Positions 1 through 11,692 of a stretch of 64,000 nt of DNA are shown here, in pieces. The notes under the pieces were generated by a model. That model was not told the DNA's origin, ran no database searches, and saw only the letters and a program-made list of their open reading frames with translations. Source of the DNA: Chrysomallon squamiferum. Taxonomy: Eukaryota > Animalia > Mollusca. Positions within the stretch are counted from its first letter, which is position 1. Every line of letters starts with the position of its first letter. The position numbers were made by a program, and so were the translations under genes. The DNA lies in the NCBI GenBank assembly GCA_012295275.1, contig CM022666.1:5146001-5210000 (forward strand), given 5' to 3'.

Positions 1-106
1 CTGCCATCCAGCTCTGGTACAAAGGAAGTTCCACTGTGTTTATTTGTTCTGCATGAGAAACAAGTCGACTGTTGATCATTTCAGCTTGGAGGTCTATGAA
101 TCCGTT
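1..106 (-). CDS. Gene B third exon, inverted copy running off the left edge (intactness unknown)
   Basis: Reverse complement of 24180-24285 including the tttcag acceptor. Open frame NGFIDLQAEMINSRLVSHAEQINTVELPLYQSWMA. Confidence 0.45.
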
Positions 107-356
107 CTGAAATTTAAAAAATATATATATTCAAATACACTGTATATTATACATCACAGTATGTCAATTTTATAATATCATATACTGAATACATGATATT
201 TGCTATAGTGAATCTTTAATATTATGTCCTGTGATTTGTAAATTTAATCTTTGATCTTTAAGATTGCCGTACTGGAATAATACTGTATCACTTGGTATAT
301 AAATTACATGGTATGTACTGAACTGTATTAATCTTTAAGGTCTATGAATCCTTCTG

Positions 357-743
357 AGTAAAAGTAAGCTAGGGTTGAGTATATTGATAGTAAATTAGTA
401 AAAGTAAGCTACGGTTTAATATAGTGATAGTAAATTAGTAAAAGTAAGCTAGGGTTGAGTATAGTGATAGTAAATTAGTAAAAGTAAGCTAGGGTTGAGT
501 ATAGTGATAGTAAATTAGTAAAAGTAAGCTAGGGTTCAGTATAGTGATAGTAAATTAGTAAAAGTAAGCTAGGGTTGAGTATAGTGATAGTAAATTAGTA
601 AAAGTAAGCTAGGGTTCAGTATAGTGATAGTAAATTAGTAAAAGTAAGCTAGGGTTGGGTATATTGATAGTAAATTAGTAAAAGTAAGTTAGGGTTGGGT
701 ATAGTGATAGTAAATTAGTAAAAGTAAGCTAGGGTTGGGTATA
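357..743. repeat. 40-bp minisatellite, ~9.5 copies
   Basis: Unit aaagtaagctagggttgagtatagtgatagtaaattagta. Confidence 0.95.
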
Positions 744-1249
744 TGAAAAGATATCAACTCAAAAGATAATGCACACAGCTGATAGATGCCAACAAAATTA
801 ACACAGTAATTTTTTATTTAATAAGGAGAATCCATCATGTTATGTGTGGATGAGTTGTACTGGCAGTTTTGTAGATATTTTATATCATATAGTCAAAAAC
901 CAAAGTAACAAAATTCTCTTCTAGTTTTTGAGACCAGCTAAATCCCACAGCTGTTCACAATTAATATTTGTTACACTGTAGTAATTTTAGTTTTGTCTGT
1001 TTCTATAGGCTGTATTCCACCGGTTGTATTTAACATTTTAATATTACTGGATGTTAGATATGTTTTTGTACAAAGCAATTACTGTTTCTATCAGCCTCTG
1101 TGGAGAAATGATCCTGAAACACATCACTCCTAAGTACCAGTAGCTAGACATTACTAACAACAAAAGTATAACTTAGCCATGTAAACTGATATTTGTTTAT
1201 TTATATTTACCTTATTTACAAAATAGAAATGTTAAAACTAAATAATGAA

Positions 1250-1346
1250 GTTACATTTAATGTATTTATGAAATTGACGCGTATCAAGTTTAGTACTATA
1301 AGAGAAATGACAATGACCGGACGAACTGACTTCATTTCCTTTAGAT
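1250..1346 (-). pseudogene. Inverted TNF first-coding-exon relic
   Basis: Minus-strand ATG at 1335 reads MKSVRPVIVISLIVLNLIRVNF, homologous to MKSVLPATAISLMVLNLILISF, then ends at a deletion junction. Confidence 0.75.
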
Positions 1347-1457
1347 GCAGTCTGTGCCAAACATGATAAAAATGTTATTAGTAATCAATAATACCAAGTT
1401 AAAGACACATACATAAATAACATTCTTTCAACAAAATATAAATAAAAGTAAAATAAT

Positions 1458-1505
<48 letters not shown>

Positions 1506-2042
1506 GAGAGAGAAAAGCTAGCAACAGATACTACACAAACAACAGAATACTTTTTCAAACAATTAAAATAAGACTAGTGGAAAATAATGACATATCTTTC
1601 AGAAATATATATTGCCTTTTACTTTCTTTTCGTTAACGAAATGATTTTTATATTATGTGTTAGAGACAGCTGCACTTTAGAAGATAATAATATTGAATTG
1701 AAAACAAGCACAAAATTAAATTTGCCATAAACTAATGTTTTATTTCCGATGACGCGTTGTACTTCAAATCACATTTTGATTGGCTGTGAGAAAATATAAC
1801 CTTATCGAGAGGATGACATACTTAGAATCAAAAATGTAAACAAAATTAAAAATTAAAAGTTGCATAATGATCACAAATAAACTACGTGCATTTATTGCTG
1901 GTTGTTACTGTTGTAGTTCTTGTTATTATTAATATTAACATTGCTGTTGTCATTCACAGTTCAGGTGGAAAAAAAGCTAAAAAAAAGAACAATTAAAATA
2001 AAAAAAATAAAAAATACAAATAAGTCACATACTATTAGCGCG

Positions 2043-2089
2043 CACACACACACACTCACACGCACACACACACACAGACAAACACACAG

Positions 2090-2174
<85 letters not shown>

Positions 2175-2482
2175 ACACACACATTCACACACACACACAC
2201 ACACACATTCACACACACACATTCACACACACACAGACAAACACACACTCACACACACAGACACACACACACTCACACACACAGATACACACACACTCAC
2301 ACACAGTAAGACACACATACTCACACACACACAGTCACACACACACACACATTCACACACACACACAGTCACACACACACACACACTCACACACACACAC
2401 ACACACAGTCACACACACAGTCACACACACACACAAACACTCTCACACACACACACAGTCACACACACACTCACACACACAC
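2043..2482. repeat. Imperfect (CA)n microsatellite
   Basis: Seen directly. Confidence 0.95.
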
Positions 2483-3984
2483 CGTGATCTATTTAAGAAT
2501 ATTGCCCTGAGTTGTTTTTATGATAGAAACTACGCCAAGTACCTGTGATCTACAAGCAGGAACAGAAACATGGAAACACAAACGTGACAACTGACTGCTA
2601 ATCTCAGGTATTTTATCATTCTTTATTCAATCACTCTTCAACAGCCTAGCCCGAAATAAATGAACGAAAAGTTAATGCAGAATATCTGTATTATCTGATT
2701 TCAAATTCCCTGTGCAGTATAACTGGTCGGAACCTTTTGCACAGAGGTTATCAGACAGCTATGCGGTGTTTTGGAGGAGTGTCAATTTAATGTAATAATT
2801 GTTTTGTTCAAGTGTTCACACAGTGATCTATTTAAGAATTATGCCAGTAGTTGTATTATGACAGAAACTAGACTACGTCAAGTACATGTGATGTAAATGA
2901 TATGCAGTGTTTTGGAGGAGGACGAAGTTAATGCAATAATTGGTGGCTGACCAAGCGTTGCCAACCACTGAACACTAGCAGCGTGAATGAAGCAGACAGA
3001 GAAATGAGATATCAGTTACACGTTTTGTGTATATTTTTCAGCGACGTCATTGTACGCCGGGACTTTACAAAAGGCTATTAATAAAAACTGCACCGGTTGA
3101 ACTACTTTAAATATGTGATATGAACATGGTTATATACCAGCAATATTTAACATACTGTCTATAAAGAACACTCATTATCCTTCATAAAATAAACATTAAA
3201 TCATGTCACTGACTGGTGTATAAGTGAAAAGTGAGTTGAGAAACATTCTCATTAATTTTACTTGATATTTTAAAAAGAAAAGACAATGATAAATGCAGAA
3301 CAAGACATTTGTACTACATTTAAAGTAACTATCCAAGTAAAAACAGTTATGAACAGGTGACCATAGGTATCGCTGTAGTCTTTATTTAACAACGACAGCA
3401 GCAAACAAAACTAATGATTATGATGATGATGATGATGATAAATTTAATAGTAGTAGTAGCGGTAGCACTAATATAAATAGTAGGAGTAGTAGAAAGAATA
3501 ATACTAGTAACCATGATTATATAGTAATAATATAGCAGGAGTAATAATGATGAAGATGATAGTGGTAGTAAAGTTAATGATAAATATGACAGTCATAATA
3601 AATCAATAATGATGATGATGATGATGATAGACATAATAAAATTAATAATCATAATATTTACGATTCTGAAATGCTTCTAAAAAGAAAATTCTTATTGTGA
3701 GAAAACAAAAAATGCTTTAAAAAGATTGCTTATTATGCAAATTGTACATCAAATTTTAAATGTAACGTATATAAAAACATTTATTATTCTGATCATTTCA
3801 ATGCATGAGTACATAGTGTATAAAGAAAATCCTTTTTAACTGGATCATCCACTTAACTTGTATTATTCATTGTAAACTAATCAGTGAACTTTTAACTTTC
3901 ATCAGTTAATTTATATAGAAAACCAGTAATATTTAAATATTTATTCACTGAATACAGCACACATTCATTCATTCTCTCTCTCTA

Positions 3985-4036
<52 letters not shown>

Positions 4037-4397
4037 ACGAACACGCTCACACACATTCGATTTGTCGTTCAGTTTGTCCTGAGTTGTTTTATGATATAAA
4101 CTAGACAACATCCAGTAAATGTGATGTACGTGCATGAACAGAAACAAAGAAATAAAAGCGTATACTAACCAAATAGTTTATTATTTTGTATTTAATGACT
4201 TTTCAATCGTCTAGCCCTAAATAAATGATCGAAAATTGTGTCAGGTGTTCAGCGTGTTTATATAGACTAGAGGTAGCAGTAACTGAGTCATTGAAACAAG
4301 TTGTGAACGTTGAGAAATAAGATATCGAGGCAGTCGCAAGATAGGTAAACATTTCCCAGCCTGCGATGTCATTGTAAGTCGTAAATGCATATATCTC

Positions 4398-4428
<31 letters not shown>

Positions 4429-4637
4429 CTGTGTGTGTGTGTGTGAGTGTGTGTGTGCACGCAAGTAGGTGTATCTATATAAGTATGTGATATGTACATT
4501 GTTATATAATAGCAATATTTAACACACTGTCTATAAAATATACAAATTTTGCTTTACAAAATAAAAATTTAAATGATGTCACTGACTGGTGTAGAACTGA
4601 AAAGTGAGTTGAAAGATGCTCTTATTAATTTTACTTG

Positions 4638-4674
<37 letters not shown>

Positions 4675-5218
4675 AAAACAAAAGAAAGCAAGAAAATGAC
4701 AAATTCAGAACAAGACATTTGTATTTCTTTTAAAGTAAATATCCAAGTAATAAAAATAATGAACACGTGATCAGAGGTATCACTGTAGTCCTTATTTAAC
4801 AACACTGTCAGCAGCAAACAATAATAATGACGATGATGATAAATTTAATAGCAGTAGTAGTAGCAGCAGCAACACTAATTTCAATAATAGTAGTAGTAAG
4901 AATAATACTAATAGTGTTGATTAGTAGCAGTAGTAGTAACTATGATGACGATAGTGATAATAAAATTAATGATGATGATGATAGTGATAATAACATTATT
5001 GATAATAATAATATTTATGTTTCTGAAATGCTTCTAAAAAGAAATTTCTTACTGTGATAAAACAAAAAAATGCTTTAAATAGATTGTTTATTATGCAAAG
5101 TTTACATGAAATTTTAAATGTAACATATATAAACATTTATTATTCTCATAATTTTAATGCATGAGTACATACTGTATAAAGAACACTTAACTTGTATTAC
5201 TCATTAAAAAGCAGTCAG

Positions 5219-5418
5219 NNNNNNNNNNNNNNNNNNNNNNNNNNNNNNNNNNNNNNNNNNNNNNNNNNNNNNNNNNNNNNNNNNNNNNNNNNNNNNNNNN
5301 NNNNNNNNNNNNNNNNNNNNNNNNNNNNNNNNNNNNNNNNNNNNNNNNNNNNNNNNNNNNNNNNNNNNNNNNNNNNNNNNNNNNNNNNNNNNNNNNNNNN
5401 NNNNNNNNNNNNNNNNNN
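5219..5418. other. Assembly gap (200 N)
   Basis: Run of N. Confidence 0.99.
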
Positions 5419-7079
5419 TTAGAAGCATTTCAGAAACATAAATATTATTATTATTAATAATTTTATTATCACTATCGTCATCATCATTAATTTTATTATC
5501 ACTATCGTCATCATTATTACTACTAATGCTACTAATCAACACTATTAGTGTTATTCTTACTACTACTACTATTGAAATTAGTGCTGCTGTTGCTGCTACT
5601 ACTACTATTAAATTTATCATTATCATCTTCGTCATTATTATTGTTTGCTGCTGACATTGTTGTTAAATAGAGACTACAGTGATACCTCTGGTCACCTGTT
5701 CATTATTTTTATTACTTGGATATTTACTTTAAAAGAAATACAAATCTCTTGTTCTGAATTTGTGATTTTCTTGCTTTCTTTTGTTTTCTTTTTTCTTCTT
5801 TTTTCTTTTTTTAATATCAAGTAAAATTAATAAGGGCATCTTTCAACTCACTTTTCAGTTCTACACCAGTCAGTGACATCATTTAAATTTGTATTTGTAA
5901 AGCAAAATTTGTATATTTTATAGACAGTGTGTTAAATATTGCTATTATATAACAATGTACATAACACATACTTATATAGATACACCTACTTGCGTGCACA
6001 CACACACACTCACACACACACAGATATATCATGATCCGAGCAATGTTGATAAATAGCTGTTTGCTAAGCGGGGCAGGTCATACAAAATGCACGGCCCTCG
6101 TATTTACGACCTACAATGACATCACAGGCTGGGAAATGTATAAGCTATCTTGCGACTGCCCCGATATCTTATTTCACAACCTTCACAACTTGTTTCAATG
6201 ACGCAGTTACTGCTACCTCTAGTCCATATAAACACGCTGAACAACTGACACAATTTTCAATCATTTATTTAGGGCTAGACGATTGAAAAGTCATTAAATA
6301 CAAAATAATAAACTACTTGGTTAATATATGCTTTTATTTCTTTGTTTCTGTTCATGCACGTATATCACATGCACTTTACGTTCTCTAGTTTCTATCATAA
6401 AACAACTCAGGACAAACTGAACAAAAGCAATATTCTTAAAATTGATCACTGTGTGTGTGTGTGTTTGTGTGTGAGTGACTTATTTGTATTTTTTTGTTTG
6501 TTTGTTGTTCTTTCTTTCTTCTTGTTGTTTCTTTCTTATTGTTGTTTTGTTTTGAACTTTTAGTTTGTTTTTCTTGTTTTTCTTGTTCTTTCTTAAAATA
6601 GATCACGGTGTGTATGTGTGTGTCTGTGTTTGTGTGTGTGTGTGTGCGCGCGCTCGTTCTAATAGTATGTGACTTGCTTGTATTGCATTGTTTCTTGTTT
6701 GTTGATTTGGGTTTTTTTCCAGCTGGTCTTTGCTCTGAATAAGGTCATGCAGTCAGGTAATAAACCGCGAATATTAACTAAATATACATAATAGTGTGTA
6801 CATGTGTACAAAATGACTTTATAGATGTACCACAATTCACGTTTACCTAACTTAATTATTTTTACCCAGTTACTTGAATAAGTAGAATTCCAGTCACGTG
6901 ACAGTACTCTATAGGTTAGTATCACTTACCGAACACCTGAACAGAAGTGACGCAGTAGTTCAGGGGTCGGTGAGGAATTTAGTCCGGCCTGTTACCTGAA
7001 TACGATTGATTTTCTTTAAACATCCAGGCCAAAGTAGCCTTGCTTCCTAGCTTCCCTTTTTGATGCTCAGTATAGAAGT

Positions 7080-7189
<110 letters not shown>

Positions 7190-8270
7190 TGTGTGCTGTA
7201 TTCAGTGAATAAATATTTAAATATTTCTGGTTTTCTATATAAATTAACCGATGAAAGTTAAAAGTTCACTGATTAGTTTACAATGAATAATAAACGTTAA
7301 GTGGATGATGCAGTTAAAAAGGATTTTCTTTATAGACTATGTACTCATGCATTGAAGTGATCATAGTAATAAATGTTTATATATACATTACATTTAAAAT
7401 TTGATGTACAATTTGCATAATAAACAATCTATTTAAAGCATTTTTTTTTATTTTATCACAATAAGACTTTTGTTTTTAGAAGCATTTCAGAATCGTAAAT
7501 GTTATGATTATCAATTTTATTATGTCTATCATCATCATCATCATCATTATTACTACTGCTGTATTATTACTATATAATCATGATTACTAGTATTATTCTT
7601 TCTACTACTGCTACTATTTATATCAGTGCTGCTGCTGCTACTACTACTACTATTAAATGTATCATCATCATCATCATCATCATCATAATTAATATTTTTT
7701 GCTGCTGTCATTGTTGTTACATAAAGACTACAGCGATACCTCTGGTCACCTGTTCATAATTTTTATTACTTGGATAGTTACTTTAAATGTAAACAAATGT
7801 CTTCTTCTCCATTTGTAATTTTCTTCTTTTCTTTTTCTAAATATCAAGTTAAATTAATGAGGATGTTTTTGAACTCACTTTTCACTTATACACCCGTGAC
7901 ATGATTTAAGTTTTATTTTATGAAGGATAATTTGTATACTTTATATACAGTATGTTAAATATTGCTGTTATATAACCGTGTTCATATCACATACTTAAAA
8001 GTAGTTCAACCAGTGCAGTGTTTATAAACAGCTGTTTGTAAAATCCCGGCCTACAATGACGTCGCTGAAAAATGTACACGTAACGTGTGACTGATATTTC
8101 ATTTTACTATGTGATTCATTCACTATAAACAACTGACTTCTAGGCGACGTAGTTTGTTCGAAGTGCACGGTCACGTGTTCACTCGGCCTACAATGACCTT
8201 GCTGTCTGCGAAATATTTGCCTAACCTTTGTTCTCATTTCTCTATCCGCTTCATTCACGCTACTACTGTT

Positions 8271-8527
8271 CAGGGGTCGGCAACGCTTGGTCAGACACCA
8301 ACTATTACATTAACTTGACACTCCTCCAAAACACTGCATATCATTTACATCACATGTACTTTACGTAGTCTAGTTTCTGTCATAAAAACAACTCATGGTA
8401 AAATTCTTAAATAGATCACTGTGTGAACACTTGGACACCAATTATTACATTAACTTGGTAGTTCTCCAAAACACCGCATTGCTGTCTGATAACTTCTTCC
8501 CGACCTGAAAAAGCTTCCTGACCCCTG
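8271..8527. mobile_element. Possible old hAT-like MITE, carried in several duplicated modules (also ~27988, 34724-34971, 53967, inverted ~2720-2970)
   Basis: Ends CAGGGGTCGGCAA ... TTCCTGACCCCTG are imperfect inverted repeats of the hAT/Charlie type. No clear 8-bp TSD. Confidence 0.35.
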
Positions 8528-8751
8528 TTATAGTGCATAGGACATTTGAAATCAGATAATGCAGATATTCTGGATTAACGTTTTGGTTCATTTATTTTGG
8601 ATTAGACTGTTGAAGAGTAATTGAATAGATTACTTGTACTTGACGTAGTCTAGATTCTAGCATAGAAAACGACTCATGGCAAAATTCTTAAATAGATCAC
8701 GGTGTGTGTGTGTGAGGGTGAGTGTGTATCTGTGTGTGTGTGTCTGTGTGT

Positions 8752-8810
<59 letters not shown>

Positions 8811-9152
8811 TGTGTGTGTGTGTGTGTATGTCTATCTGCGCGCTAATAGTATGTGACTTATTTGTATTTTTTTTTTTTATTGTTTTTAATTGTTGATTTT
8901 TGAGCTTTTTTCCACCTCAAACCTGAATGACAACAGCAATGTTAATATTAATAACAACAAGAACTACACCAGTAACAACCAGCAATAAATGCACGTAGTT
9001 TATTTATGAACATTATGCAACTTTTAATTATTAATTTTGGTTTCAGTTTTGATTCAAAACATGGATAATTTTTATCGTTTAATAGATAGTAAGTTAAATA
9101 CTGCTGTTATATAACCATGATAAACAACAAGAGTCAGCAATAGCGCTCGGAG

Positions 9153-9757
9153 GTGGTAATTAATCCCGAAAAAAAGTCACAGGAAAAAAGTCACAATTTT
9201 TAATTATGAAATATATTAGCAATGAAAGATAGATTAAACACATTTTGTCAGAGTTTTTGTTAATGTTTATTTTTATTTTAGTGTTGATGGTTTAGGCTGA
9301 TGTTCCACTCGATATCACGAAGAAATTCTGCCGCAGCATACACGAACCCTTCATAACAGATTTTGATACAACCCTTATTGCTATGAATAACTTCCATATT
9401 AAACATACTTCTGATACTAGAACAAGCTGGAGAATATATAGTGAAACATATTTTAACATGGAACATGTTATAAATCATTTACAATAGGAAGCTCTTAGTT
9501 TAAATCTATTCTAATCAGTAAGCTGGACCCAAGCATCACCCCTGCACACTATGAAGACTCTTTCTTCAATCCTTCCTAATTAATAAGTGTAACAATTCAC
9601 CACCCCTGCACAGTATGAAACCTCTTTCTTCAATCTAGCTTAACTGACCTAATCAGTAAGCTTAACAATTACCCCATGTAGACTATGAAGCCACATTCAA
9701 TACTCTATAAATCCATACATTTTGTTATACCAAAATTGTTACTTTTTTTCCAGCCAC
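9153..9757 (-). mobile_element. Internally deleted Mutator-like (MULE, FLYWCH-type) DNA transposon
   Basis: Inverted ends gaaaaaagtcacaatttt (9183-9200) and aaaattgttactttttttc (9732-9750). Minus-strand peptide from 9397, MEVIHSNKGCIKICYEGFVY, resembles a FLYWCH N-terminus and is fused to EFLRDIEWNISL, which resembles a MULE C-terminus. No TSD seen. Confidence 0.6.
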
Positions 9758-10959
9758 TGAATCAACAGTCATGATACAAGTAACGTTTACAAGTGGAAGA
9801 TTCTTCTGTCACAGGCAGATATTTCTGAGACATTTCATATTCCTGGCCCTGTAGTAATAAATGGACGACTACAGATATTTATCCCGATTATGTATAAATG
9901 TCCACCATGTGACACGCAGACTATATCCTTTCCCTTTTCTTTTCTTTTCTTTTAATTATTTATTTACTTATTTATGGTTTGTTTGTTTGTTTATTTTTAT
10001 TTTTATATTACTCTATCTTTATTTATTTTATTTTATCTTACTATAATTTGATTTCATTAATTTTATTGTTTTAATTAATTAATTTATATTTATATATCTT
10101 ACTGTATTTATTTATTTTACTTTACTTTTATCATTTGTTATTTTAATTTTATTTTTATGACATTTTTATGATTTTTTTTTATGTTTAAAATTTTAATTCA
10201 GCATATTTTACTTTATTTATTTATTTTACTTTACTTTTTACAATTTTGTATTCTTATTTGTTTTATTTCAAATAATTATTTTCATTTATTTTTGTCTCTA
10301 TTTAATTTTACTTTATTTCGCTCATTTCTTTATTTCTTTCTTTCTTTCTTTATTTATTCGGCAGACTGAATCAACAGTCATGATACAAGTGACATTTACA
10401 AACAGAAGATTCTTCTGTCACTGGGAGATATTTCTGAGACATTTTATATTCCTGGCTCAGTAATAACAAATGGATGACTACACTTATTTATTTCGATTAC
10501 GCGTAAGATGACAAATCCGGGCTGGAACTTTCCACTGTGTGATACACAGACTACATGTTTTCCTTTTGTTGTTTATGGCTTAGCTGACACAGGAATAGAA
10601 GTTACGCTGTACTCTTTATTTAACAATAACGACAAAAGCAACCACAACAACAACTACTACTATTACTACCACAGCTACAACAACAACTACTACTATTACT
10701 ACTTCTATTATAGCAATAACAACTATAATATGTAGCTTATTTATGAACAATAGAAACACACAAAAAAATAAATATAATCACTTTGCTCGTTTTATTCATA
10801 GTATATTGAATGACTATACGAAATCTATAGCGAAAAACTAAATACGACAGAAGAAAAAACATTAAGCACTAAACTCAAATAAAGCAGACGACATTTCCTC
10901 TTAGCCAATCAAAAATGAACGCGTGAGAATGTCCAGAATATGATAAGATCGTTTCAAAG

Positions 10960-11053
10960 TAGCTAGTATAAAAAATCAACGAAGCCTGTCATACAGCGTT
11001 TCTATCGTAAACGTGCTTCACTCCATTATAAACACAGAGGCAGCTTAATTTAG
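10960..11053 (+). promoter_or_regulatory. Putative TATA box and non-coding first exon of TNF copy 1
   Basis: TATAAAAA at 10967-10974 and donor TAG|GTATGT at 11053/11054. The same block lies upstream of copy 3 and at 55.9 kb and 62.4 kb. Confidence 0.55.
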
Positions 11054-11692
11054 GTATGTAAATATTTTACTTATTTCATAGGTTATATATATTTATACAA
11101 AAATTATAATTTCACTTATTACATAGGTTATATATATATAAAAAATTATAAATTCACATTGCTTTTTCAAAGTAGCTGGTATGAAAATCAACGAAGCCTG
11201 TCATACAGCGTAGACGTGCTTCACTTATTTCATAGGTTATATATATTTATATAAAATTATAATTTCACTTATTTCATAGGTTATATATATTAATATAAAA
11301 TTATAGCATTAGCTATTTTTATTTTTTTTTTTTTTTTTTTGGACGTCATATAGGAACATTATGGATGTAAATATATCTTGGTAAATATTACTGACTTTAA
11401 AAAACAATTCTTTGAAAGAATTTTATATAGAAGTGTGTGTCGATGTATGTATTGTGTGTAAATTTATCTTGATAGTATTTATTATTTTATTTATTTATTT
11501 AACCATTCGTTAAAAGTTTTATATCTGTGCATATTACTTTTTTGCTGAAATAATGTTATATATAAGTGTATGTATATTGTGTACGTGTCCGTATGTGTGT
11601 ATTTTATTGTTATTATTTATTACTGATTTTTTCTTTTCTTTTGGTCATGTTTTATAGACTACTTCTAAAGGAATTAAAAGACGATACACAAA

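Noticed and set aside
357-743. Telomere-like TAGGGTT in the 40-bp repeat
   Set aside because: One partial motif per unit, not (TTAGGG)n.
921-956. Minus-strand EQLWDLAG resembling a small-GTPase/ROC G3 motif
   Set aside because: A stop follows after three codons and no G1/G4 motifs are nearby; too short to support.
5192-5635. ORFs spanning N runs (also 47412-47627)
   Set aside because: Artefacts of the assembly gaps.
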